The notes under the pieces are model-generated. The model was not told the DNA's origin. It made no database searches and was given only the letters and a program-made list of their open reading frames with translations. Position numbers and translations under genes: made by a program. DNA of 64,000 nt, taken from NCBI GenBank assembly GCA_963786955.1, contig CAWBAT010000006.1, forward strand, positions 192,001 through 256,000, read 5' to 3'. The DNA is from an uncultured Acidimicrobiia bacterium (GTDB taxonomy: Bacteria; Acidobacteriota; Terriglobia; Versatilivoradales; Versatilivoraceae). The stretch's first letter is position 1; the number at the start of each line of letters is the position of its first letter. Of the stretch, positions 1 to 9,986 are shown piece after piece.

Positions 1-526
1 GTTGCAACTATCATTAAATGTTGGGGCGATGCTCATCGCTTTTATCGCCCTGGTGGCGCTCGTAAATGGGATTTTCGGAGGGATTCATCATGCTTTGGAA
101 AATCTGCAGTCGAGTCCCACGAGAGGGCTGATGCTCCTCGGTGAAACCGCCCGATTCTGTGCCACAAAACTTGCAGCAAATTCTAGGAGTATTCTTCAGC
201 CCCATGGCATGGCTGATGGGCGTGAGTTGGAAAGATTCGATTCAGGTCGGTAATTTGCTTGGAACAAGGATGGTTCTCAATGAGTTCGTCTCATTTTTAA
301 AGCTCGGGGAAATCTCGGACGAGCCTGGACCACCGATCTTTTGTCATTTCCACCTTCGCATTGTGCGGATTCGCAAATTTTGGGTCCATTGCCATTCAAG
401 TTGGGGGTATTGGCGCTTTGGCCCCCTCCCGTCGACATGATCTTGGCTTCCCTTGGCCTGAGGGCCATGATCGCAGGCACGATCGCGAATTTTCTGTCTG
501 CCACGATTGCGGGTGTTATTATTTAG
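1..526 (+). CDS. nupC: Concentrative nucleoside transporter (NupC/CNT family), 3' part; frameshifted
   Basis: Joined frames give [56 protein letters not shown] and [21 protein letters not shown], all typical CNT C-terminal motifs. Confidence 0.9.
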
Positions 527-547
527 GCTTCATGAGACTACGCTGAG

Positions 548-586
548 CGTATCGGAGGACACGTTTCGGAGGACCGTTTCGGAGGA
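548..586 (+). repeat. Three tandem 13-14 bp repeats (CGT[A/T]TCGGAGGA)
   Basis: cgtatcggagga-cacgtttcggagga-ccgtttcggagga, read directly. Confidence 0.8.
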
Positions 587-590
587 TTTG

Positions 591-619
591 TTGACCCTCC
601 GCGCCGGTACAGGTAAGAT
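591..619 (+). promoter_or_regulatory. Putative sigma70 promoter of the VWA gene
   Basis: TTGACC-17 bp-TAAGAT, about 30 bp upstream of the ATG at 649. Confidence 0.55.
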
Positions 620-648
620 GAATCTCCAAGGGAACGAGAGGATCTTAA

Positions 649-1619
649 ATGACTGGTAGAACTACGATTGAAGGTATTTTATTGATGATTGGCTTGTGCT
701 TCCTCTTGCGATCATTCTGGAGGAAGTTTAGGACAGGATTCCAAAGTTTTCTTGGACGATAAGCTTGGTCAGCCCGAGAAGAGCACCGAAAACCTGGTCG
801 TCAATGTTGATTTAATCAACGTCCTCTTTACGGTTACGGACAAAAGAGGGCGGTTGGTTACGGATCTTAATAAATCCGATATTACCTTCACCGAGGACAA
901 CAAACCACAGACAATTACTAACTTCTCACGCGAGACCGATCTCCCCTTAACGATCGCTCTGCTGATCGACACCAGTACCAGCATCCGCGATCGGTTCAAA
1001 TTTGAACAAGACGCTGCTAGTGAATTTCTTTATCGGACTTTACGACCTCGCAAGGACAAAGCCCTATTCATCACTTTTGACTCCGCAATCGAATTGGTCC
1101 AGGACTACACGGACAGCCCTGAGGTCTTGGCCAAAGCGATTCGGCAAGTGCGTCCCGGCGGGTGGCACAAAAATGCTGGACGCAGTATTTTTGGCATGTC
1201 AGGAGAAATTAAAAGCTGAAACGGGTCGGAAAATCATCATCCTGATCAGTGATGGAGACGATAATTTGAGTCTTGAAACCGCGAATTCGGTTTTGGAGAT
1301 GGCCCAAAGGTCGGATGTCTCCATTTACGCGATTAGTACGAACTCCACGGGATTTTTTAATCTTTCGGCACCGAAGACGCGACAAGCTGTTGAAAAGGCT
1401 CGCCGAAGAAACCGGCGGTCGTGCATTTTTCCCCTTCAAGGCGGAAGATCTCACACAAAGCTTCCAGGATATCAGTACGGAATTGCGCAGCCAATATTCG
1501 CTCGCCTACCGTTCTACTAATACAGTTCGCGACGGTAATTTTCGTGCGATCCGGATAGCGCTTGACCGAAAAATTTGAAAGTAAAAGCGCGCAAAGGCTA
1601 TTACGCCCCGCGAGGTTAA
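649..1619 (+). CDS. VWA domain protein (acidobacterial VWFA type); frameshifted
   Basis: VNVDLINVLFTVTDKRGRLV, LLIDTSTS (MIDAS DxSxS), IIILISDGDDN, LAEETGGRAFF, ELRSQYSLAY and KARKGYYAP across several frames. Confidence 0.85.
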
Positions 1620-1711
1620 TCTGCTCTTTTGTATGGAATATTGAGTCTTCACGCGGGATGGAAATGTTGAGAAGTCATCCGACGATCGAAGCGGAAACTG
1701 AAGTTTGACTT

Positions 1712-2121
1712 ATGAGCAATTTCTTTTGTATCAAAAGCCGCGTTTTAAGAGTCAAACCCGCCGCCGCAATTTCCAGAAGAAATGTCAGTTGCCTTTCTTA
1801 TGGCCTGGCTCAATGGATCCTTTCAAATTGGGGAATTCCAGCACAGGCCGGCCAATGGAATCTGGAAAAAGGGCAAGAAAAGGCTCCCTCGGCCGAAACT
1901 TTCAACGCGATTGCACCCGCCAAATCTGAAAAGATCAATATCAATATTGCCAGTGTTGAGGAACTGGAAGCCCTTCCGGGATTGGTATTGTGACTGCCAA
2001 GCGAATTGTGGATTACCGCAAGAAGAATCCACCCTTCCGCAAGATTGAAGAGCTATTGATTATCCGAGGGATCAGCAGGAACCGACTGGAACAAATTCGC
2101 AATAAGATCAGTGTCAATTAA
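1712..2121 (+). CDS. comEA: ComEA-family helix-hairpin-helix DNA-binding protein; frameshifted, start uncertain
   Basis: KININIASVEELEALPG, then TAKRIVDYRKKNPPFRKIEELLIIRGIS in the next frame. Confidence 0.75.
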
Positions 2122-2257
2122 GGAGATAGAATCACAGACATAATGTCACTTAGTATGGTATCACCTTCCCGCAAGCAATTTTCCCTTAAATATGCTCAGA
2201 ATGTTGGCGCGGAGGTTCGTTGGTTTGGAATAAATACGCGGTGGAGGAATTAAGACT

Positions 2258-3400
2258 ATGACAACGCTATCCACGCCCCACTTAGAGGCAGTACTGCAGC
2301 ATGACATCGACCTCATCCGCGCCAAACTGCTGGAGATGTTGGCCCTGGACGAACAAGCACTGGCGCGCGCTCTTCAGGCATTTCTTAAACGTGATCGACA
2401 GTTGGCGTACTCAGTGATCTTGCGTGATCAGGACGTAGATGCCTTGGAAACAGAGTTGGACCGGCTTTGTTTAGAGTTCATCGTGCGTCACCAGCCGGCA
2501 GCAGCCCACCTGAGGTTTGTTTATTCAACCAGCAAGATTATTAATCAATTGGAGCGTGTTGGCGACTATGCTGAAAGTATCGCCCGTCAAGTTTTGCTGA
2601 TAAGCTCTATCCCCCTCGAAGTTCCCACTGACAAGTTTAACGAGATCGCGAACCTGGCAATTCCCATGTTGCACAATGCAGTAAAGGCGTTTGTTGACAA
2701 GAATCCTGATCTCGCGCGTGCGACCATGGCCAGTGAACCTCGAGTCAATCAGATGAGGGACAATCTCACCGCCGATTTAGTGGAATGTCGCCTGGAAGGC
2801 CAGTTACCGCTGGAGGCGCTTCCCGCATTGATCACTGTGGCACGCCGTCTTGAACGGGTTTCTGACCAGGCTACCAATATCTGCGAGCAGGCGCTCTACT
2901 TTGCTACCGGTGAGTATGTGCGGCACGTGCCCCGCGAAGGATTCAGGGTGTTGTTCGTCGACGAGACCAACGGTTGTCTTAGCCGAATCGCCGAAGCCAT
3001 CGGCACTCGGTTGGGAGCGAAACGGTTCTCTTTCAGCAGCGCGGGAATCGTGGCCGGCGCAACCGACCCGCAAACCATCTGGTTTTTGGCGGAGAAGGGC
3101 ATTGATATCTCTCCTCAACCCTCCACTTCGGTAAACCAGGTATCCCAGCTTGATCAGATGCAAGTCATCGTGGCTCTCTGCATAGAGGCGGAGAAAGCAT
3201 TGCCTCAAAGACCGACCAAGACCGTGGGCTTGCACTGGGTGGTGCCAGATCCTTCAAAGGCACGCGGAACAACAGAAGAGGTCCGGGCTGAATACGAACG
3301 GGCATACGAATCTCTAACCAACCACATCCGGGATCTGGTTCAAGCGATCCTCGGAAACGACCAGGATTTCACCAATGAAAGCTCCACACCTTCGATCTGA
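2258..3400 (+). CDS. phoU: Phosphate signalling protein PhoU fused to a C-terminal ArsC/LMW-PTP-like domain
   Basis: Two PhoU repeats (QLERVGDYAESIA, RLERVSDQATNICE) followed by RVLFVDETNGCLSRIAEAIG, SAG, LAEKGIDIS and HWVVPDP. Confidence 0.92.
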   Translation: MTTLSTPHLEAVLQHDIDLIRAKLLEMLALDEQALARALQAFLKRDRQLAYSVILRDQDVDALETELDRLCLEFIVRHQPAAAHLRFVYSTSKIINQLERVGDYAESIARQVLLISSIPLEVPTDKFNEIANLAIPMLHNAVKAFVDKNPDLARATMASEPRVNQMRDNLTADLVECRLEGQLPLEALPALITVARRLERVSDQATNICEQALYFATGEYVRHVPREGFRVLFVDETNGCLSRIAEAIGTRLGAKRFSFSSAGIVAGATDPQTIWFLAEKGIDISPQPSTSVNQVSQLDQMQVIVALCIEAEKALPQRPTKTVGLHWVVPDPSKARGTTEEVRAEYERAYESLTNHIRDLVQAILGNDQDFTNESSTPSI

Positions 3401-4298
3401 ATCCCAATTCATGAAGCTCGTCGTCACCACTTTCCTGGCGTTCCTGCTCGCGTGGGTACCGCTCAGTTGCTCACGGACAAAGCAACCCGAGAAAACCGTG
3501 ATCCAGAACACTGGTTCAGACACGATTGTGAACCTCGCGCAGGCTTGGGCTGAGGAATACGCCAAAGTGGAACCCCTGGTCTCGGTGGAAGTCTCCGGGG
3601 GCGGTTCTGGTACTGGAATCGCCGCTTTAATCAATGGCACCGTGGATATCGCCAATTGTAGCCGGCAATTTCATCCACAGGAGGTCGAGCAAGCAAGGAA
3701 GAACACTGGCAAAGAGCCGCGCGAATTCAAGGTGGGGTATGATGCGCTTGCCGTGTATGTCCACAAGACCAATCCAATAGAGGAAATAACCCTGGACCAG
3801 TTGGCTGATATCTACAGCGAAGGCGGGAAAGCTATAAAGTGGTCACAGTTGGCTGTAAGGATGTCCGAGGGCGCCGACGAGATTATCCGGGTCAGCCGGC
3901 AGTCGAACTCTGGGACATACGAATACTTCCGCGAGGCAGTTCTCGGCAAAGGCCGTGATTTCAAACTCGGTTCACGCGATATGCACGGGTCAAAGGATGT
4001 GGTGGAACTGGTCTCCAAAACGCCCGGTGCTATCGGTTATAGTGGGATGGGCTATGCGACACCAGACGTTAAGACACTGCGTATTGCCAGGAAGGCAGGC
4101 GACAAGTTTTTTGCTCCAAACATCGAGAACACTTTGAACCACACCTACCCAATAGCACGACCCTTGTTCATGTATACACTCGGCGAACCTGTGGGCCAGG
4201 TGAAGAAGTATCTGGATTGGGTTCACTCCGAAGCCGGTCAGAAAATCGTGGTCCAGAGCGGGTACGTGCCTCTACCCGAGGCAGCCCGACAACCTTAA
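3375..4298 (+). CDS. pstS: Phosphate ABC transporter substrate-binding lipoprotein
   Basis: Lipobox-like PLSC; GSDT, GGGSGTGIAAL, RQSNSGTYEYF, YPIARPLFMY. True start may be the ATG at 3411. Confidence 0.95.
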   Translation: MKAPHLRSESQFMKLVVTTFLAFLLAWVPLSCSRTKQPEKTVIQNTGSDTIVNLAQAWAEEYAKVEPLVSVEVSGGGSGTGIAALINGTVDIANCSRQFHPQEVEQARKNTGKEPREFKVGYDALAVYVHKTNPIEEITLDQLADIYSEGGKAIKWSQLAVRMSEGADEIIRVSRQSNSGTYEYFREAVLGKGRDFKLGSRDMHGSKDVVELVSKTPGAIGYSGMGYATPDVKTLRIARKAGDKFFAPNIENTLNHTYPIARPLFMYTLGEPVGQVKKYLDWVHSEAGQKIVVQSGYVPLPEAARQP

Positions 4299-4323
4299 AG
4301 TTGGAGAAAGAAGTTGCGACTGC

Positions 4324-5217
4324 ATGCTGAATCGCCGACATTGGGAAGCCTTTAGTGAATCCGTAATTGAATTATTGATCCGCCTCTGCGGCATCAGTGC
4401 CATTCTGTTTGTCTTTGGCATTTTCTACTTTGTATTCCGCGAAGGGGCCGGGTTTCTCTTCCATGGTTTCAACGCCCGCGAGTTTTTCTTCAGTCCCGAG
4501 TGGTATCCGACATCACAAAGCCATGTACGCTATGGGGTGTTAGCTTTAATAGCGGGCACGGCCAGTGTCACTATGCTGGCCATGGTGCTCGCGGTTCCTT
4601 TCGGGATAGGCGCCGCAATTTTTATTTCCGAATTCTGCGGGCCACGAGTGAAGGAAACTCTGAAGATAACAATCGAACTGCTGGCAGCTATTCCTTCGGT
4701 AGTGTGGGGGTTCATCGGTTTGACCGTGATGAATCCCCTGATCATCAAGCTGTTTGCGACGCCAATCGGCCTGAACGTGTTAAATGGAGGCCTAATTCTT
4801 GCGCTGATGAGCGTACCGATCATTGTCTCCATCGGCGAGGACGCACTGAAAGCAGTGCCGGATTCTTACCGTGAGGCCGCCTTGGCGCTTGGGGTGACAC
4901 GCTGGCAACTCGTGCGCCGTGTTCTGCTGCCGGCCGCAAAAAACGGGTTGCTTGCGGCTGTATTGCTTGGTGTCGGTCGTGGTGTTGGGGAGACGATGGC
5001 AGTGTTGATGGCCACTGGCCATGCGGTGAAGATCCCAACCAGCTTGCTGGACTCAGTGCGGACGTTGACCGCCACGATTGCCGCCGAGTTGGGCGAGGCA
5101 CCCGTACAATCAGAACATTATCAAGTGTTGTTTATCATTGGCATTCTTTTATTCTCGATCACGTTTCTAGTCAATCTTCTCGCGGATCTTTTCATTCGCG
5201 GAATTCGACGCAAATGA
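4324..5217 (+). CDS. pstC: Phosphate ABC transporter permease PstC
   Basis: ELLAAIPSVVWGF, EDALKAVP..REAALALG, RGVGETMAV. Confidence 0.95.
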   Translation: MLNRRHWEAFSESVIELLIRLCGISAILFVFGIFYFVFREGAGFLFHGFNAREFFFSPEWYPTSQSHVRYGVLALIAGTASVTMLAMVLAVPFGIGAAIFISEFCGPRVKETLKITIELLAAIPSVVWGFIGLTVMNPLIIKLFATPIGLNVLNGGLILALMSVPIIVSIGEDALKAVPDSYREAALALGVTRWQLVRRVLLPAAKNGLLAAVLLGVGRGVGETMAVLMATGHAVKIPTSLLDSVRTLTATIAAELGEAPVQSEHYQVLFIIGILLFSITFLVNLLADLFIRGIRRK

Positions 5218-5247
5218 TGAATCCTCTCTTATCCAGGTGAATCTGCC

Positions 5248-6132
5248 TTGTTCGAAAGCACTCCATTAACGCGTCGCAAACAGCGCTGGGAATTTCTCGC
5301 AAAGAGCATCGTCTTACTCATGACTTTGCTGATGGTGGTCCCGCTGCTACTCATTGTTGGTTACTTGGTCTATCAAGCTTGGCCAATTCTCTCTCTGGAC
5401 TTCCTGCTGAAGAACCCAATACACGGCATGCGGTCCGGCGGAGTCTGGTCCCCCTTGCTGGGAACAATTTACCTGGTGGTCATATCGCTGGTTGTTGCCA
5501 CGCCCATCGGCGTCCTGGCAGCGGTCTTCCTGAATGAATACGCGCGGGACAACTGGCTCACCCGAATGGTCAATCTTGCTGTAGTCAACCTTGCGGGCGT
5601 GCCAAGTATCGTGCATGCCTTGTTTGGGCTTGGGGCATTTGTATTGTTTGCCAGATTAGGCCGCTCCATCCTAGCTGCATCGTTGACGTTGGCTATTATG
5701 ACTTTACCTGTCCTCATCGCCAGCACTAAGGAAGCCTTGGCCTCTGTGCCCATGGCGTTCCGTGAGGCCTGCTGGAACATTGGGGCCACGCGTTGGCAAA
5801 CGATCCGCCACATCGTCCTCCCAAACTCAATAAGCGGGATTCTCACCGGGGTTATTTTGCAGGTATCCCGCGCGGCCGGCGAGACGGCACCGATCATGTT
5901 CACGGGCGCCGTATTCTTCAAAGCGATCAAAGAAGGGGATGTATTTGCCTACGGCTTGTTCGATCAGTGCATGGCGCTTTCGATGCATCTTTTCACGATC
6001 TCCACGCAGGTACCCGATGTGCCCAAAGCGTTGCCATTCGGCACGGCGGTGGTACTCCTGGGAGCTGTACTGCTTGTCAACTCCCTCGCTATTGTCGTTC
6101 GCGTCCGGCTGCGTTCACGGAGAAAATGGTAA
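5248..6132 (+). CDS. pstA: Phosphate ABC transporter permease PstA
   Basis: NLAGVPSIVHALFG, LPNSISGILTGVIL..SRAAGETAP. Confidence 0.95.
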   Translation: MFESTPLTRRKQRWEFLAKSIVLLMTLLMVVPLLLIVGYLVYQAWPILSLDFLLKNPIHGMRSGGVWSPLLGTIYLVVISLVVATPIGVLAAVFLNEYARDNWLTRMVNLAVVNLAGVPSIVHALFGLGAFVLFARLGRSILAASLTLAIMTLPVLIASTKEALASVPMAFREACWNIGATRWQTIRHIVLPNSISGILTGVILQVSRAAGETAPIMFTGAVFFKAIKEGDVFAYGLFDQCMALSMHLFTISTQVPDVPKALPFGTAVVLLGAVLLVNSLAIVVRVRLRSRRKW

Positions 6133-6890
6133 TGCCCAATCCCATAGTTGAGATCAGCAATCTGAAAGTTCGATACGGGCGCCACGAGGCTTTGAAGGGC
6201 ATAACTCTAGAAGTACCACGAAACGAAGTCTTTGGAATTATCGGACCTGCCCAATCGGGAAAGACGACACTGTTGAAGACCATCAACCGTACCATTGAGA
6301 ATGTACCCGGTGCCATTATTACGGGTGTTGTAAAGGTCGACGGCAAGAACGTCTACGCGATGAAGGATGTTTTTGCACTGCGCCGCAAGATTGGAATGGT
6401 TGCTCCGTTGCCCGTCGGTCTGCCGCTTTCGGTCTTTGACAACGTTGCTTTTGCACCTCGGATGGCCGGCATTCATGACCGGCACGAACTGGAGGAGCGT
6501 GTGGAGCGCTGTTTGAAGCAGGCCGCACTCTGGGAGGAAGTCAAAGACCGGCTTGACAGTCTCGGCACCAGGCTCTCCGGCGGCCAGCAGCAGCGGCTGA
6601 CTATTGCCCGAGCGTTGTCCCACGACCCAGAAATCCTCTGTCTGGACGAGTTTTCCATCGCGGTCGATCCCGTCACCACGATGCGCATAGAGGACGTGCT
6701 GAAGGAATTACGTTCCCAAATGACTGTTATTTTGGTTACCAATTTGGTACAACAAGCACGCCGGTTGGCCGATCGAACCGCTTTTCTGCTCAACGGCGAA
6801 GTGGTGGAGGTGGACCGCACCGACTTGATCTTTTCCGAGAGCCCTCGCAACAGGAAGACCTACGAATATGTTAACGGGATTTTCGGATGA
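6132..6890 (+). CDS. pstB: Phosphate ABC ATPase PstB, copy 1 (degenerate Q-loop and H-switch, intact LSGGQ)
   Basis: Walker [31 protein letters not shown] overlaps the pstA stop. Confidence 0.9.
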   Translation: MPNPIVEISNLKVRYGRHEALKGITLEVPRNEVFGIIGPAQSGKTTLLKTINRTIENVPGAIITGVVKVDGKNVYAMKDVFALRRKIGMVAPLPVGLPLSVFDNVAFAPRMAGIHDRHELEERVERCLKQAALWEEVKDRLDSLGTRLSGGQQQRLTIARALSHDPEILCLDEFSIAVDPVTTMRIEDVLKELRSQMTVILVTNLVQQARRLADRTAFLLNGEVVEVDRTDLIFSESPRNRKTYEYVNGIFG

Positions 6891-7675
6891 GTACTTCTGA
6901 TCCGGCCGCGACCTCATACAGTATCGAAACCAGGAATCTCGGTCTTTGGTACGGCAACTTCCAAGCGCTGAAGAATATCAATCTTAATATTCGCCACGGT
7001 CAAATCACCGCAGTGATCGGCCCGTCGGGTTGTGGCAAGACAACCCTACTTCGTTGCTTCAACCGCATCAACGAACGCTACGGCTATGTCTCCACCACTG
7101 GCGAAATCAGGGTCCTCGGACAAAACATCTATGCCCCGGACGTCTCGCTCATCGAACTGCGCAAGGCAGTAGGCATGGTGTTTCAGCGGCCAAACCCTCT
7201 GCCCATTTCGGTCTACGAAAACATTGTCTTTGGTCTACGCATCCATAGTGCCTATGGGACATTGAATAAGCAAAAGTTGGACAACTCGGTAGAAACAGCA
7301 CTGCAAGAGGTTTCCCTGTGGGATGACTTAAAAGACCGGCTGCATGCTCCTGCCACATCCCTTCAATTAGAGCAACAACAGAAACTCTGCATTGCACGGT
7401 TGCTTCCACTGAAGCCCGAAGTCATCCTAATGGATGAACCGTGCTCTGCCCTGGACAGCGAAGCCACTCTCGCCATCGAAGAGTTGATGCTCACTCTTGC
7501 TGGCAGGTACACGATTCTTATTGTCACGCACAACATGGCTCAGGCTCGTCGCGTCAGCCAGGAATGCGCCTTTATGTTGTTGGGCGAGGTCGTCGAGCAT
7601 ACTCGTACTGAAAACCTGTTTCTTACTCCCAAAGACCCGCGGGCAGCAGATTACATTGAAGGCCGCTACGGCTAG
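6887..7675 (+). CDS. pstB: Phosphate ABC ATPase PstB, copy 2 (degenerate signature LQLEQ)
   Basis: GPSGCGKT, GMVFQRPNP, LMDEPCSALD, VTHNMAQA, YIEGRYG. ATGA overlap with copy 1. Confidence 0.92.
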   Translation: MSTSDPAATSYSIETRNLGLWYGNFQALKNINLNIRHGQITAVIGPSGCGKTTLLRCFNRINERYGYVSTTGEIRVLGQNIYAPDVSLIELRKAVGMVFQRPNPLPISVYENIVFGLRIHSAYGTLNKQKLDNSVETALQEVSLWDDLKDRLHAPATSLQLEQQQKLCIARLLPLKPEVILMDEPCSALDSEATLAIEELMLTLAGRYTILIVTHNMAQARRVSQECAFMLLGEVVEHTRTENLFLTPKDPRAADYIEGRYG

Positions 7676-7830
7676 GAGTAGCGTGGCTCGGAAAGTCCTT
7701 TTCATTCCACTACTTTGCGAAGAGGACCCAAAGGTGTCGAATTTTTCTTAGACAGGCAGGTGGACGGTTTACAGGCTTTGATTTTCGTTCTAATTTACTC
7801 CCCCGGCATCTTGTGGCAAAGGTTTTCCCT

Positions 7831-7914
7831 CTTTAGTTAACCGGTTGTATCGCGTAATCCTGCCATGATGCCCATCGTTTTCTGCGTATCATGGATCCCA
7901 AGCGCCAGGCTGTT
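7831..7914 (-). pseudogene. pit: Fossil fragment of a PiT-family inorganic phosphate transporter
   Basis: Minus-strand translation NSLALGIHDTQKTMGIMAGLRDTTG*LK resembles the PiT C-terminal motif SLxHGxNDAQKTMGIIxxxL. No full ORF. Confidence 0.6.
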
Positions 7915-8158
7915 CTCCTTCTGTTTTACGACTCGATCGAAGCCTTGATATCATGATCCTAGCAGGGATTCAGTGGATCGCGGCCCTTGAGCAAATCGTC
8001 TCTCGAAAAGTAACCTTTGCGTGATAACATTAGTATGGGCTGCTCAAGGTCTTGCAGATCTCGGATCACCTTACCCAAGTCACCTGGAATTGTCAATCGA
8101 TCGAACAGCAACTGGTTGTAGTGCTCAGAAGCCGGCACAAGGGTTTTAGATTGAAGGC

Positions 8159-9984
8159 ATGACAACATCTGGTACCTAATGTAAGAGCCGCCGCCCAGAA
8201 AGGGCCTCTCCGCGTGATCAAACAAAATCACATCAAACGGTATTCCTTGATTGCCGTTGCGCTGCTGTTGTTGTCCTATAGCTGCGTTTTTTTTCTTCAA
8301 GAAGAACAGGAAGAGACTTAGCCGACAAATACCTTACGGTAACGATCGAAAGAGGAGACATTCGCCGAATTGTCAGCTCAACTGGGACATTGCAGGCAGT
8401 AGTGACCGTACAGGTTGGAAGCCAGGTTTCGGGACGCATTCAAGAGATTTATGCAGATTTCAATAGTATCGTTAAGAGCGGACAACTCCTGGCCGTGATT
8501 GATCCGGAAAATTTCGAGGCGCAACGTGAAAGGGCTGAAGCCCAGCTTTCAACAGCTCAAGCCAGCCGTTAAGAATTCTGAAGCCAATTGGTCAATCGAA
8601 AGGCAGAACTCGAAAGCGCCAAAGCAAATCTTGAAGTCTCAAAGGTTAATTTAAAGGAATCGGAACGGCAGAAGATCCGTGCTGAGGGGCTCTTCAAAGA
8701 CGGCCTGATTCCCGAGCGTGATTTACAGACCGCGCAGGCGACCTATGACCAGAACCTGGCGCGCGTCTTGCAAGCCGAAGCCCAGGTCAATCAAACCGAA
8801 GCCGGCATCCGTTCGGCAATCTCCCAACAGGATCAAGCGGCCGCCAGCGTCAAGCAAGCGCAGGCAGAACTGCGAATGGCAGAGGTCACTCTTCACTATA
8901 CCAATATCATTTCGCCTATTGATGGAGTTGTCATTGAGCGCAATGTGGATATTGGCCAGACCGTGGCGGCCAGTTTTCAGACGCCGACCCTATTTTTGAT
9001 TGCCAACGATCTCTCTAGAATGCAACTGATTGCCCAGATTGACGAGGCCGACATTGGCGTTTTATCTGAAAAAGCAAAAGTAGATTTCACCGTCGACGCT
9101 TTCCCGGGCCAGGTGTTCCAGGGCAAGATTTCGGAAATACGCCTTACCTCTAAACTCCCGACTTCCAGTACTTCTGGCACTAGCCAGACCTCCTCCACCG
9201 GCGGCACTGCTTCGAATGTCGTGGTTTATAACGTCATCATTGATGTGGACAACCCGCAGTTGAAGTTACGACCTGCAATGACTGCCAATGTGAGTTTTAC
9301 CGTGGCGAGTGCCCACGATGTTCTTCGGGTAGCCAATTCGGCCTTACGCTATCGCCCCCCGAACATGTCTCCTGAAGAAATCCAAAAACTCTTGGAATCC
9401 ATGGGCAAGGTAAGTTCCGCGGCAGAAGCCACTCGACAGGACCGACTCCGGTGCGAGGTAATTCTGATCCAGGTGGCACCGTACAAACCGCTCTAGCTGG
9501 GGAGCGACGCGAGTTGAAATCCGATAGCCTCAAATCCGGTGGTCCCGAATCCTTTCCGTCTTCCTACAAAACCCAATTCATCGAACTCTGCTATGCTTGA
9601 TCGTGAACAAGACCAGGACGCGTTGCGGATTAAGCTCCGGGGCCACAGGAAGCCTCAACCGCCATGAGCCTCTCGACAACCGATCGCTATGGGATTCACG
9701 GGGGGATGAAAATTCGTTTCCCTCAGGCAGAAGATAGCAAACCGATACCTGGGGTCCTCTGGACATTGGATAGCAATGGCACCCCCCAGCCCCGGAAAGT
9801 GAAGTTTGGAATTACCAATGGCAAGGAAACCGCAATTCTGGATAGTGATCTTAAAGAAAGGGATACAGTTGTCACAGGGGAAATCAATGAGGCGGATGGC
9901 AGCACGGCCCAGCGGAACACGAGTCCATTTCGTGGTCCCTTTAGCCCTGCGGTTCCTCCCTCGCGCAAAGGAGGCGGGCGATAG
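8159..9984 (+). CDS. MacA/HlyD-family efflux periplasmic adaptor; several frameshifts, start approximate
   Basis: VQVGSQVSGRI..IYADFNS.VK.GQLLA, ISPIDGVVIERNVDIGQTVAASFQTPTLF, LKLRPAMTANV, VKFGITNG. Confidence 0.85.
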
Positions 9985-9986
9985 TG

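Noticed and set aside
2125-2170. Pho box upstream of phoU
   Set aside because: The TCAC half-sites are spaced 14 and 15 bp apart, not the 11-bp period of PhoB boxes.
5793-6131. N-terminal extension of PstB1 in the ORF track
   Set aside because: It overlaps pstA out of frame; the real start is at or near the pstA stop.
7985-8049. CCTTGAGCA/TGCTCAAGG inverted repeat as a riboswitch or sRNA
   Set aside because: Only 9 bp with a long unstructured spacer and no recognisable family motif.
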